Shown: one piece after another, positions 38,717-48,248 of the stretch
How positions within the stretch are numbered: the first letter of the stretch is position 1
How the letters are laid out: each line of letters begins with the position of its first letter
Source: an uncultured Devosia sp.
Lineage (GTDB): Bacteria > Pseudomonadota > Alphaproteobacteria > Rhizobiales > Devosiaceae
NCBI GenBank assembly: GCA_966212275.1
Contig: CBIHQV010000011.1
Coordinates: forward strand, 60,010 to 124,009
DNA: 64,000 nucleotides
Reading direction: 5' to 3'
Made by a program: the position numbers and the translations under genes
Notes under the pieces: generated by a model
Databases searched by the model: none
Seen by the model: only the letters and a program-made list of their open reading frames with translations
Told to the model about the DNA's origin: nothing

Positions 38717-41689
38717 ATGACCGATACCGCCGCGGGCACCACCGAAACCGATTATTCGGCCACGCTGTTCTTGCCGGAGACTGAATTCCCCATGCGCGCC
38801 GGGCTGCCCGAGCGCGAGCCGGGCTGGCTCAAGCGCTGGGAAGAAATGGACATTTATGCCCTGCAGCGGGAGCAGGCCAAGGACAGGCCGCTGTTCACCA
38901 TCCATGACGGCCCGCCCTATGCCAATGGCAATATCCATATCGGCCACGCGCTCAACAAGACGCTGAAAGACCTCGTTTCCCGCTCCATGCAGATGCTGGG
39001 CTACAACTCGGCCTATGTGCCGGGCTGGGACTGCCATGGCCTGCCCATCGAATGGAAGATCGAGGAACAGTACCGCGCCAAGGGCAAGGACAAGAACGAA
39101 GTTCCTGTCGTCGAATTCCGCCAGGAATGCCGCACCTTTGCCGAGCAGTGGGTCGATATCCAGCGCGAGGAATTCAAGCGCCTGGGTGTGCTGGGCGAGT
39201 GGGACAATCCCTATCTCACCATGAGCTTCGATGCCGAAGCCCAGATCGCTCGCGAGCTGATGAAGGTGGCCAGCACCGGCCAGCTCTATCGCGGTTCCAA
39301 GCCCGTGATGTGGTCGGTGGTCGAGCGCACGGCTTTGGCCGAAGCCGAGATCGAATATGCCGACTACGAGAGCGACACCATCTGGGTGAAGTTCCAGACC
39401 TCGCATATCGCGGCTGCCGCCGGATCGGACGTCCAGGACAATATCGATCGCCGCGAGCACCTGACTGGTGCCTCGGTGGTCATCTGGACCACGACGCCCT
39501 GGACCATCCCCGCCAACCGCGCCATCAGCTTCTCGTCCAAGGTCGCCTATGGCCTCTATGAGGTCACCAAGGCGCCAGACGGCAATTGGGCTTCGACCGG
39601 CGAAAAGTATGTGCTGGCCGACAAGCTGGCTGCCGAAACCTTCGCCAAGGCCAAGGTCGAGGAATTCGTCCGTCTGCAGGACGTGCCGCCGGCCGTTCTC
39701 TCGGGCCTCCAGTGCCATCACCCGCTGCGCGGGCTCGGCGGCGGCTACAATTTCGAAGTGCCGCTGCTCGATGGCGAACACGTCACCGACGATGCCGGTA
39801 CCGGCTTTGTCCACACCGCGCCCGGCCATGGTCTCGACGACTTCGAGATCTGGATGAATTCGGCGCGCCTGCTCGGTGACAAGGGCATCGACACCGCCAT
39901 CCCCTATGTGGTGGGCGACGATGGTTTCTATACCAACGAGGCCCCCGGTCTCGATGGCGGCCGTGTCATCGACGACAACGGCAAGAAGGGTGACGCCAAC
40001 AACCGCGTCATCACGGCGCTGGCCGAGCGCAACGCCATGGTCGCGCGCGGCCGGGTAAAGCATCAGTATCCGCATTCCTGGCGCTCCAAGAAGCCGGTGA
40101 TCTTCCGCAACACGCCGCAATGGTTCGTCTATATGGACCGCGATATCGACGGCGCTGCGGGCGACACGCTGCGCTACCGTGCGCTCAACGCCATCGACGC
40201 CACCAAGTTCTACCCGGCCGCCGGGCAGAACCGCCTGCGCGCCATGATCGCCGACCGCCCGGACTGGGTGCTCAGCCGTCAGCGCGCCTGGGGCGTGCCG
40301 ATTACGGTGTTCGTCGAAAAGGCGACCAACGAAATCCTTCGTGACGACGCGGTCAATCACCGCATCGCGCAGAGCTTCGAGGAAGAAGGCGCCGACGCCT
40401 GGTACAAGCCCGGCGCCGCGGCTCGCTATCTCGGCGCGGGGCGCAATCCCGACGATTTCGAGATGGTCACCGACGTGCTCGACGTGTGGTTCGACAGTGG
40501 TTCGACCCATGCCTTCGTGCTGCGCAACAAGCAGAAGTGGCCGCATCTCAAATTCCCGGCCTCGATGTATCTCGAAGGCTCCGACCAGCATCGCGGCTGG
40601 TTCCATTCGTCGCTGCTCGAAAGCTGCGCCACCAATGGTCACGCCCCCTATGAAAGCGTGCTGACGCACGGCTTCACCATGGATGGCGAAGGCCGCAAGA
40701 TGAGCAAGTCGCTGGGCAACACCGTCGCCCCGCAGGACATCATCAAGCAGTATGGCGCCGATATTTTGCGCCTCTGGGTCGCGTCGTCGGACTATTCCGA
40801 GGACCTGCGCCTGGGCAAGGAGATCATCCAGACCACGGTCGACAGCTACCGCAAGCTGCGCAACACCCTGCGCTGGCTCTTGGGCAATCTCGCTCACTAT
40901 CAGGCGTCCGACGAAGTGCGCTTCGAGGACATGCCCGAGCTCGAGCAACTGATCCTCCATCGCCTGGCCCAGCTCGATGAGCAGGTGGGCGGCGCCTACA
41001 AGGACTATGACTATCGCAAGATCGTCACCCTGCTGACGAACTTCATGAATATCGAGCTCAGCGCCTTCTACTTCGATATCCGCAAGGACACGCTCTATTG
41101 CGATCCCATCAGCTCGATCAAGCGCAAGGCCGCGCTGACCGTGCTGCACCACCTGTTCGATTGCCTCACCGCCTGGCTGGCGCCCATCCTTGTCTTCACC
41201 ATGGAAGAAGTCTGGCTGGAGCGGCATCCGGAGGCCGGCTCGTCGGTGCATCTGCGCCTGTTCCCCGAAGTGCCGAGCGAATGGCTCAATGAGGGTCTCG
41301 CCAGCAAGTGGACGCTGATCCGCGCGGTGCGCCGCGTGGTCACGGGGGCGCTCGAAATCGAACGCCGCGAAAAGCGCATCGGCTCATCGCTCGAGGCAGC
41401 GCCCAAGGTGTTCATCACCGACGAGCGCTACCTCACGGCTCTGGCCGGCGAAGATCTGGCCGAAATCGCCATCACCTCGGCCATCGAGATCGGCAATGCC
41501 GACGCGCCGCCCGAGGCGTTTACGCTGGACGACGTTCCTGGCGTCGCGGTGGTTCCGGCTCTCGCCCAGGGCACCCGCTGCGCCCGCTCGTGGAAGGTTC
41601 TGCCCGAGGTCGGTTCCGACAAGGACTATCCCGACGTCTCCCCGCGCGACGCCCAGGCCCTGCGCGAACGCGCCGCGGCGGGTTTGTAG
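38717..41689 (+). CDS. ileS: isoleucine--tRNA ligase
   Basis: [12 protein letters not shown] (HIGH), KMSKSLGN (KMSKS), and the editing and anticodon domains. Start at [28 protein letters not shown] (ATG 38717). Confidence 0.95.
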   Translation: MTDTAAGTTETDYSATLFLPETEFPMRAGLPEREPGWLKRWEEMDIYALQREQAKDRPLFTIHDGPPYANGNIHIGHALNKTLKDLVSRSMQMLGYNSAYVPGWDCHGLPIEWKIEEQYRAKGKDKNEVPVVEFRQECRTFAEQWVDIQREEFKRLGVLGEWDNPYLTMSFDAEAQIARELMKVASTGQLYRGSKPVMWSVVERTALAEAEIEYADYESDTIWVKFQTSHIAAAAGSDVQDNIDRREHLTGASVVIWTTTPWTIPANRAISFSSKVAYGLYEVTKAPDGNWASTGEKYVLADKLAAETFAKAKVEEFVRLQDVPPAVLSGLQCHHPLRGLGGGYNFEVPLLDGEHVTDDAGTGFVHTAPGHGLDDFEIWMNSARLLGDKGIDTAIPYVVGDDGFYTNEAPGLDGGRVIDDNGKKGDANNRVITALAERNAMVARGRVKHQYPHSWRSKKPVIFRNTPQWFVYMDRDIDGAAGDTLRYRALNAIDATKFYPAAGQNRLRAMIADRPDWVLSRQRAWGVPITVFVEKATNEILRDDAVNHRIAQSFEEEGADAWYKPGAAARYLGAGRNPDDFEMVTDVLDVWFDSGSTHAFVLRNKQKWPHLKFPASMYLEGSDQHRGWFHSSLLESCATNGHAPYESVLTHGFTMDGEGRKMSKSLGNTVAPQDIIKQYGADILRLWVASSDYSEDLRLGKEIIQTTVDSYRKLRNTLRWLLGNLAHYQASDEVRFEDMPELEQLILHRLAQLDEQVGGAYKDYDYRKIVTLLTNFMNIELSAFYFDIRKDTLYCDPISSIKRKAALTVLHHLFDCLTAWLAPILVFTMEEVWLERHPEAGSSVHLRLFPEVPSEWLNEGLASKWTLIRAVRRVVTGALEIERREKRIGSSLEAAPKVFITDERYLTALAGEDLAEIAITSAIEIGNADAPPEAFTLDDVPGVAVVPALAQGTRCARSWKVLPEVGSDKDYPDVSPRDAQALRERAAAGL

Positions 41690-41698
41690 CGTTTTAGC

Positions 41699-41818
41699 GG
41701 GTACCCCCTCCTAGCCTCCTCCTGATAGGGGAGGAATCCGGCCGGTGGTTGCCGCAAATGGCGCCTCAAACTGAATGTGTTCCTCCCCCTAATAGGGGGA
41801 GGCTAGGAGGGGGTACCC
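41699..41818. repeat. family-2 MITE-like element with 21-bp perfect terminal inverted repeats
   Basis: GGGTACCCCCTCCTAGCCTCC (41699-41719) is the exact reverse complement of GGAGGCTAGGAGGGGGTACCC (41798-41818). Each half carries its own CCTCC/GGAGG hairpin. Confidence 0.85.
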
Positions 41819-41821
41819 CGC

Positions 41822-42397
41822 TTGAACGTGAAATCGCTGACCAACCCCTCCGTCTACCTCTCCCTGACCACGGCCATCCTGGCCTTCGGCCTCGACCGTG
41901 CCCACAAGGCATTTCAGGTGTCCGCCGATTGCATCGCCATCGGCGCGGCGCCCTGTGTCGAGGTGTTCACCAGCTACGTGCCCTTTGCCATGACCGGCTG
42001 GCGCGGTGGCGAAGTGCTGCGCGTCACCGATTTCTTCGACTATGTGCTGGTCTGGAATACCGGCATTTCCTATGGCCTGTTCGATAGCCTGCCGGTCTGG
42101 GCGCTGGGGCTCGTCATGCTGGTGGCCATCGTGGCGCTGGGCATCTGGTGGCTGCGTGCCGATTCCGGGCTGATCCGCCTCGGCCTCGCCTTCTGCATCG
42201 GCGGCGCGCTGTCCAATGCCATCGACCGCTTGATATATGGCGCCGTAGCCGATTTCTTCCACCTGCATTGGGGCACATGGTCGTTCTACATTTTCAACGT
42301 CGCCGACGTGGCGATCACCATCGGCGTCATCCTGCTGATCGCCGATCTCATCGGCCTCGGCCGACCGCGAAAATCTGCTGCCGGCGCCGCCAGGTGA
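41822..42397 (+). CDS. lspA: signal peptidase II (lipoprotein signal peptidase)
   Basis: FFDYVLVWNTGISYGLF, GGALSNAIDRLIYGAVADFF, FNVADVAITIG. Start is TTG 41822 or GTG 41828. Confidence 0.9.
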   Translation: MNVKSLTNPSVYLSLTTAILAFGLDRAHKAFQVSADCIAIGAAPCVEVFTSYVPFAMTGWRGGEVLRVTDFFDYVLVWNTGISYGLFDSLPVWALGLVMLVAIVALGIWWLRADSGLIRLGLAFCIGGALSNAIDRLIYGAVADFFHLHWGTWSFYIFNVADVAITIGVILLIADLIGLGRPRKSAAGAAR

Positions 42398-42515
42398 TGG
42401 TGCATTTGCAGCACGCCCTGACGCGCTGCGAACACACCAGACACGTTGCCGCCAGAATCTGGTCTTAGCTGGGATTATGCGCTATAAGCGCCGCCGACAT
42501 CTTGAAGGACGTTTC

Positions 42516-43229
42516 ATGCGTATTGGTTTGACCGGGCAGCATTCTGCTCTTGGAGCGGTTACCCGGACTGGACTGGCCTCGCTGGGTCTTCTGCTGGCCG
42601 TGGCGCTCACTGCGTGCACCACCGTGGAAGGCACCAATGCCTTGACCGATTTCGGCACCTTCGAGCGCGAGGTCATGATGACCACGGCGCGCGGTGTCGG
42701 CCTGGTGCCCGGCGAGACGCCCAAGGAAGACCTGACCAATGCCCGCGCACCGCTGGTGCTGCCGGCCAGCGGCCAGGCTTTGCCGGCTCCGGCGCCCGAA
42801 GCGGCGGTCGCCCAGCTCCCGGCCAATAGCGACAGCGTCCAGATCGATACGACCAACCTCACCGAGGCCGACCTGACCCGCCTGCGCAATGCCAAGGTCG
42901 TCGACCTGCGCTCGGTTGCCGGCCGGCCGCTGACCGAGCAGGAAACCCGCACCCTGGTGGCCCGCATGCAGGCCGCCAACATGGATGTCAGCACCAATAA
43001 CGGCAAGCGCCCGCTCTACCTGCCGCCCGAGGAATACTTCACCCGCGTCGGCGATGCCGAACTCGTCTGCGCCGTGGGCAATGGCGAGGTGGTTTCGATC
43101 AACGATCCCAAGTGCCCGGAATCGGTGCGCAAGGCGATTCGCGCGGCCTATGCCGCCCCCACCAGCTCGACCAGCAATTCGGGCCCGGGCGTGAAGCTGA
43201 CCGAGAAAGAAACCACTCTCGGTAACTGA
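42516..43229 (+). CDS. hypothetical lipoprotein
   Basis: Signal peptide ending in the lipobox LAVALTAC|T; no other recognisable domain. Confidence 0.65.
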   Translation: MRIGLTGQHSALGAVTRTGLASLGLLLAVALTACTTVEGTNALTDFGTFEREVMMTTARGVGLVPGETPKEDLTNARAPLVLPASGQALPAPAPEAAVAQLPANSDSVQIDTTNLTEADLTRLRNAKVVDLRSVAGRPLTEQETRTLVARMQAANMDVSTNNGKRPLYLPPEEYFTRVGDAELVCAVGNGEVVSINDPKCPESVRKAIRAAYAAPTSSTSNSGPGVKLTEKETTLGN

Positions 43230-43254
43230 CGGCCCTTAGCCGTTCCACATTTTC

Positions 43255-43289
43255 AAGCGGCCGGATCATCCGGCCGCTTCGCCTTTTTC
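43255..43289 (+). terminator. rho-independent terminator
   Basis: AAGCGGCCGGA-TCA-TCCGGCCGCTT followed by CGCCTTTTTCC, 26 nt after the lipoprotein stop. Confidence 0.7.
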
Positions 43290-43335
43290 CGCGCCGCCCG
43301 CCCGAGACATCTCCGGCATATGGGTCCCGCATGAC

Positions 43336-45219
43336 ATGAAAGACCGCCAGATGAGCGACACTGCTCCCGCCAAACCCGATACCGGCGACCGCCTCGCCAA
43401 GGTCATTGCCCGCTCCGGCCTCTGCTCCCGCCGTGACGCCGAGGTGTGGATCACCGAAGGCCGTGTTGTGGTCAATGGCAAGAAGGTGCTGACCCCGGCC
43501 TTCAACGTCACCGACCGCGACAAGATCATGGTCGATGGTGCCCCGCTCGCCGCCCGCCAGGGCACGCGCGTCTGGCTCTACCACAAGCCCGCGGGCCTGG
43601 TGGTCACCGAGAAGGACCCCGAGGGTCGCGAGACCATTTTCCAGCATCTGGAAACCCACGGCCTGCCGCGCGTCGTCACCGTCGGCCGCCTCGACATCAA
43701 TACCGAAGGCCTGCTGCTGCTGACCAATGACGGCGGCCTCAAGCGCGTGCTCGAACTGCCCGCCACCGGCTGGCTGCGCCGCTACCGCGTGCGCGCCCAT
43801 GGCACCGTCACCCAGGCGGCGCTCGACAAGCTCAAGGACGGCATCGAGATCGATGGCATCAAGTATGGCTCGATCGAAGCCACGCTGGAGCGCGAGCAGG
43901 GCTCCAATGTCTGGCTCGTGCTGGCCTTGCGCGAAGGCAAGAACCGCGAGGTCAAGAACGTGCTGGGCGCGCTCGGCCTCGAGGTCAATCGCCTGATCCG
44001 CACCAGCTATGGCCCGTTCCAGCTCGGCGATATTCCGGTGGGCGGCGTCGAGACCATCAAGGCCAAGATGCTGCGCGACCAGCTCGGCAAGAAGCTGGCT
44101 GATGCGGCCGATGTCGATTTCGACAGCGAAATGCCCGAAGCCAACGCGCTCGAAGGCAAGCCGACCCGCGACCGCCTGACTGGCCGTGGTACCAATACGG
44201 TCGAGATCGCCCGCCAGCGCTTCCGCTTCACCGATGGTGCGGAAAAGACCGAGGAAGAGCTCCGCGCCGATCGGCCGCGCCAGGATCGCCCCGGTCGCTT
44301 CGATAGCCGCAAGCCGGCCACCAAGCGCGAAGAGTCCCGCGACGACGAATATGCGCCGCCGCCCCGCCGCGTGCATTTTGACGAAGACGGCCGCGCGCCC
44401 GAGGAATTCGTGGCCAAGCGCAACACGCGCATCGTCAAGCGCCCCGATCGCGACGACCAGTCCGCCCTGAGCTATGGCAAGGCCGCGCCGCGTCCCGCCG
44501 GTGGCAAGAAGCCGTTTGGTGACAAGAAGCCCTTTGGCGAGAAGAAGAGCTTCGGCGACAAGAAGCCGTTCGAAAAGAAGCCCTTCGGCGACAAGACCCG
44601 CGGCCCGCGCCGCGATGACGATCGTCGTCCCGCCGGTGCACGCGGTGGCGCCGAACGCAGCGAACGCCCGGCCGGCAAGTCGTTTGGTGGCCGTCCCGAA
44701 GGCGGCGCACGTCTGCCGCGTGGCCGTGAATTCACCGGCACGCCGCGTGGTCCGCGCCGCGATGAAGCCGGCGCCGGCGAGCGCCCGGCCTTCGCGCCGC
44801 GCGTTCGTCCCGATAGCGAGCGCGGCGAAGGCGCTGCCTTCAAGGGCGAGGCCAAGCGCCCCGGCCGCAACTTCGCCGACAAGCCACAGGGCGGTCGCAG
44901 TTTTGCCGAACGCGCCGATCGTCCGGCACGCGGCGCCCGCCCGGAAGGCAAGAGCTTCCGCCCCGATGGCGACCGTCCGGCCCGTCCGGGCCGCGACAAC
45001 CTGGGCTCCGAGGCCAAGACCTATGGCAAGCCCAAGACCCGGCCCGACGGCAAGCCCTATCCCAAGCGCGACGGCGCCGCGCCGCAGCGTGGACCCAAGC
45101 CCGGCGGCTACGGCAAACCGGCCGGCGGTCGCCCGAGCGGTGGAGCGGGTCGCCCGACTGGTGGTCGTCCGGCAGGTGGCGCTGGTCGTCCGTCTGCGCC
45201 GCGTCGGCCCAAGGCCTGA
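43336..45219 (+). CDS. rluB: 23S rRNA pseudouridine synthase (RluB/RsuA family) with a roughly 370-aa Arg/Gly/Lys/Pro-rich C-terminal tail
   Basis: S4 domain (RLAKVIARSGLCSRRDAEVWI), catalytic VTVGRLDINTEGLLLLTNDG, then a low-complexity basic tail with KKPFGDKKPFGEKKSFGDKKPFEKKPFGDK. Confidence 0.85.
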   Translation: MKDRQMSDTAPAKPDTGDRLAKVIARSGLCSRRDAEVWITEGRVVVNGKKVLTPAFNVTDRDKIMVDGAPLAARQGTRVWLYHKPAGLVVTEKDPEGRETIFQHLETHGLPRVVTVGRLDINTEGLLLLTNDGGLKRVLELPATGWLRRYRVRAHGTVTQAALDKLKDGIEIDGIKYGSIEATLEREQGSNVWLVLALREGKNREVKNVLGALGLEVNRLIRTSYGPFQLGDIPVGGVETIKAKMLRDQLGKKLADAADVDFDSEMPEANALEGKPTRDRLTGRGTNTVEIARQRFRFTDGAEKTEEELRADRPRQDRPGRFDSRKPATKREESRDDEYAPPPRRVHFDEDGRAPEEFVAKRNTRIVKRPDRDDQSALSYGKAAPRPAGGKKPFGDKKPFGEKKSFGDKKPFEKKPFGDKTRGPRRDDDRRPAGARGGAERSERPAGKSFGGRPEGGARLPRGREFTGTPRGPRRDEAGAGERPAFAPRVRPDSERGEGAAFKGEAKRPGRNFADKPQGGRSFAERADRPARGARPEGKSFRPDGDRPARPGRDNLGSEAKTYGKPKTRPDGKPYPKRDGAAPQRGPKPGGYGKPAGGRPSGGAGRPTGGRPAGGAGRPSAPRRPKA

Positions 45220-45331
45220 GTTCTCAACAGACCTCGTCCTGAGCCTGTCGAAGGACGAGGTCGTGGCACCATCCCGCCACGCCCTCGTGGTTCGGCAAGC
45301 TCATCATGAGGGCTACTGAAAAGGTTCGCCC

Positions 45332-45895
45332 ATGCGCATCGTCGCCGGCAAATTCCGCGGCAAGCAACTGACCTCGCCCTCGGACGATTCCATTCGCCCG
45401 ACGGCCGACCGTGTGCGCGAGTCGATGTTCAACATCCTCGCCAGCCGCCTCGGCCCGGTCTTTTCCAATATTCGCGTGCTCGACCTCTTCGCCGGCACCG
45501 GCGCGCTGGGCCTCGAAGCCCTGTCGCGCGGCGCCAGCCACGTCACCTTCGTCGACACCGGCGCCGAAGCGCGCGGCCTGATCCGCGATCACATCGAGGC
45601 CTTCGGGGCAGGGGGCATCACCAAGCTGCTGCGCCGCGATGCCACCGACCTCGGGACACCAGGCACGTTCGGGCAGTTCAATCTGGTCTTCCTCGATCCG
45701 CCCTATGGCAAGGGGCTGGGCGAACAGGCACTGGCCCACATCGCCGCCAATGGCTGGCTGGCGCCTGACGCGACCATCGTCTTTGAAGAGAGCGTCGAGG
45801 CGGCGGTGGAAATCCCCGAGGGCTTCACGCTGGATGACCGCCGGGAATATGGCGCGGCGGCGGTGCATTTTCTGACTTTTGGCGGGAACACATAA
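45332..45895 (+). CDS. rsmD: 16S rRNA (guanine966-N2)-methyltransferase
   Basis: MRIVAGKFRGKQL..P....RPT.DRVRE..FNIL, DLFAGTGALGLEALSRGA, FLDPPY. Confidence 0.9.
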   Translation: MRIVAGKFRGKQLTSPSDDSIRPTADRVRESMFNILASRLGPVFSNIRVLDLFAGTGALGLEALSRGASHVTFVDTGAEARGLIRDHIEAFGAGGITKLLRRDATDLGTPGTFGQFNLVFLDPPYGKGLGEQALAHIAANGWLAPDATIVFEESVEAAVEIPEGFTLDDRREYGAAAVHFLTFGGNT

Positions 45896-45912
45896 GTCGC
45901 CACAAACGCGAT

Positions 45913-46030
45913 GTCACCCCGGCCTCGAGCCGGGGCCCATCCCGAGATCGCGGCGCAGCCGCAAGGTGGCGCTCTTATCCCGACATCTCAGGATGGATCC
46001 CGGCTCAAGGCCGGGATGACACCGGGTGTG
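45913..46030. repeat. family-1 palindromic intergenic repeat (double hairpin)
   Basis: GTCACCCCGGCCTCGAGCCGGGGCCCATCCCGAGAT...ATCTCAGGATGGATCCCGGCTCAAGGCCGGGATGAC. Confidence 0.85.
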
Positions 46031-46045
46031 TGGGAATTGCGGTGA

Positions 46046-46462
46046 CTAAGCCGCCGCCTTCAGGCAAGCCTCGCACTTGCCGCGGATTTCCATCGTCGTG
46101 CGCTCCACCTTGAAGCCTTTGGCGCCGGCCCAATCGCCCAGCCGCTCCTCGATGACGGCATCGGCGAATTCGTCGACCTTGCCGCAGCCCTCGCAGATGG
46201 CGAAGGCGATCAGCCCCTTGCGATGGCAATGCTCGTCGGCGCAGGCGACGAAAGCATTGAGCGATTCCAGCCGATGGGCGAGGCCGCGTTCCACCAGCTT
46301 GTCGAGCGCGCGATAGACCTGCAGCGGCGCGCGCAGGCCATCGGCGCGCAGCTTGTCGAGAATGTCATAGGCGCTCAGCGGCCCCTCGGAATGGTTGAGG
46401 GCGCCCAGCACCAGGCCCTGATTGCGCGTCAGGTCGCCGGGAACATCGTGACTATGCGCCAT
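46046..46462 (-). CDS. zur: Fur-family zinc uptake regulator
   Basis: 138 aa with a Fur-like wHTH and CxxC pairs (CADEHC, CEGC, CEAC). Last gene of the znuC-znuB-zur operon. Confidence 0.85.
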   Translation of the reverse strand: MAHSHDVPGDLTRNQGLVLGALNHSEGPLSAYDILDKLRADGLRAPLQVYRALDKLVERGLAHRLESLNAFVACADEHCHRKGLIAFAICEGCGKVDEFADAVIEERLGDWAGAKGFKVERTTMEIRGKCEACLKAAA

Positions 46463-47270
46463 GGGGCACTCTCCTGCCGAACAGCCGCGAGACGGGAACC
46501 GCCAGCGACACGAGGAATACTACCAGAGCCATCACCACAATCGAGGGTCCGGAGGCCGTATCCCACGTTCTTGATCCGAAAAGCCCGCCGACCACGGCGA
46601 CCGCGCCGAGGATCGCGGCGACCACAGCCATCATTTCCGGCGTGGCGCTGAGCCGGCGCGCCGTCGCCGCGGGAATGATCAGCAGCGAGGTGATCAGCAA
46701 CACGCCCACCAGCTTCATGGCAATGGCGATGACCGACGCCATCAGGATCATCAGCACCAGCCGGTTCGCCTCGGGCCGCAGGCCTTCGGCCTCGGCCAGT
46801 TCCGGGCTGACGGTGGACGCCAGCAGCGGCCGCCAGGCGATGATCAGGATGGCCAGAATGCCCAGCCCACCGCCATAGATGATGGCGATATCTTCCACCG
46901 ACACGGCGAGGATGTCGCCGAACAGGAACCCCATCAGGTCGATGCGCACGGTGGTGAGGAACCCCACCAGCACCAGCCCGACCGCCAGGGTCGAATGGCT
47001 CAATATGCCCAGCAGCGCATCGATCGACAGCGTCGCCTGCCGCTGCAGCACGATCAGCGCCCCGGCCACCAGCGCCGCCACGGCGAAGACGCCCAGGGTC
47101 ATGTTGATCGAGAGCAGGATCGACAGCGCCACGCCCAGCAGCGCCGAATGCGCCATGGTGTCGCCGAAATAGGCCATGCGCCGCCACACGACGAAACAGC
47201 CCAGCGGCCCGGTGACGAGGGCGAGGCCAATGCCGGCGATCAGGGCGCGGGAGAAATAGTCACCGAACAT
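46452..47270 (-). CDS. znuB: zinc ABC transporter permease
   Basis: MFGDYFSRALIAGIGLALVTGPLGCFVVWRRMAYFGD.MAHSAL is the ZnuB/ABC-3 family pattern. Start set at ATG complement 47268-47270. Confidence 0.9.
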   Translation of the reverse strand: MFGDYFSRALIAGIGLALVTGPLGCFVVWRRMAYFGDTMAHSALLGVALSILLSINMTLGVFAVAALVAGALIVLQRQATLSIDALLGILSHSTLAVGLVLVGFLTTVRIDLMGFLFGDILAVSVEDIAIIYGGGLGILAILIIAWRPLLASTVSPELAEAEGLRPEANRLVLMILMASVIAIAMKLVGVLLITSLLIIPAATARRLSATPEMMAVVAAILGAVAVVGGLFGSRTWDTASGPSIVVMALVVFLVSLAVPVSRLFGRRVPHGA

Positions 47271-48099
47271 GGTCATGCCCCGTATGGTCGTGGTGATCAT
47301 GCGCGTGGTCATGATCATGATCATGGTGATGGTCATGCGCATGCCCCTCGGGCACCACGCAGCCATCGTCATGGTGTTCGTGATCGTGGTGATGCTCGTA
47401 GATTGCCAGCGTGCTCGCCGCGCGTTCGCCGAACAGCTTGAGATATTCCGGGCTGCGCTTCACCGCCGAGGGCGTGCCGCGGCAGCAGACATGGCCGTTG
47501 AGGCAGATGACCGTATCGGTCTCGGCCATCACCACATGCAGGTCATGGCTGATCATCAGGATGCCGCTGCGCGTTGTGTCGCGAATCTGCCGCACCAGTT
47601 CGTAGAGGGCCACTTCGCCCGAAAAATCGACACCCTGCACCGGCTCGTCGAGGACCAGCAGGTCCGGCTTGCGGATCATCGCCCGGGCGAACAGCACGCG
47701 CTGGAATTCGCCGCCCGACAGTTCCTGCACCGCGGCCTTCAGCAACCGCCGCGCGCCCACTGCCTCGAGCGCCGCGTCGATCTCGCCCGCCGAATGCCGT
47801 CCGGTCAGCGTCATCAGGCGCTCCACCGTCAGCGGCAGGGTCCAGTCGATGGTGAGCTTTTGCGGCACATAGCCAATCCGCAGCCCCGGCTTGCGTGTCA
47901 CGCTGCCCATGGTGGGCTTCAGCACGCCCGTCGCGAGCTTGGCCGTGGTCGACTTGCCCGAGCCATTGGGGCCGATCAGCGTCACGATCTCGCCGCGTGC
48001 AATGGTCAGATCCACCCCGCTTACCAGCGTGCGCGCACCGTGGCGGACGCCGGCATTGCTCAGGGTGATCAGTGTTTCTTTTGGTGCCAGGGCATCCAT
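47260..48099 (-). CDS. znuC: zinc ABC transporter ATP-binding protein with a His/Asp-rich C-terminal tail
   Basis: GPNGSGKST, LSGGEFQRV, LLVLDEP. The tail is YEHHHDHEHHDDGCVVPEGHAHDHHHDHDHDHAHDHHDHTGHDHVR. Overlaps znuB by 11 nt. An alternative start lies at 48144. Confidence 0.9.
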   Translation of the reverse strand: MDALAPKETLITLSNAGVRHGARTLVSGVDLTIARGEIVTLIGPNGSGKSTTAKLATGVLKPTMGSVTRKPGLRIGYVPQKLTIDWTLPLTVERLMTLTGRHSAGEIDAALEAVGARRLLKAAVQELSGGEFQRVLFARAMIRKPDLLVLDEPVQGVDFSGEVALYELVRQIRDTTRSGILMISHDLHVVMAETDTVICLNGHVCCRGTPSAVKRSPEYLKLFGERAASTLAIYEHHHDHEHHDDGCVVPEGHAHDHHHDHDHDHAHDHHDHTGHDHVR

Positions 48100-48194
48100 G
48101 TCTATCTTCGGCTCCAATCCTGCCGCACGCAGGTGGCGCGGCATCGGCGTTGATTTGGGATTTCCCCAAAACCGCTCTTGACGTCTCTGAATAC

Positions 48195-48238
48195 GTTATA
48201 GCATAACACCGCGGCAAGTGTAATAACATAACATATCA
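48195..48238. promoter_or_regulatory. candidate Zur boxes in the divergent znuC/znuA intergenic region
   Basis: AT-rich island in a GC-rich genome. GTTAT-AGC-ATAAC palindrome at 48195-48207, and GTAATAACATAACATATC at 48220-48237, which shares GTAA-N5-TAACATATC with 49312-49329. Confidence 0.5.
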
Positions 48239-48248
48239 CGAGGATCGC

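Noticed and set aside
47269-48153. 294-aa plus-strand ORF starting MVMPRMVVVIMRVVMIMIMVMVMRM opposite znuC.
   Set aside because: The Met/Val/Ile run is simply the antisense reading of the His/Asp codon tract (CAT/GAT/CAC) of the ZnuC tail. The rest is antisense to a canonical ABC ATPase.
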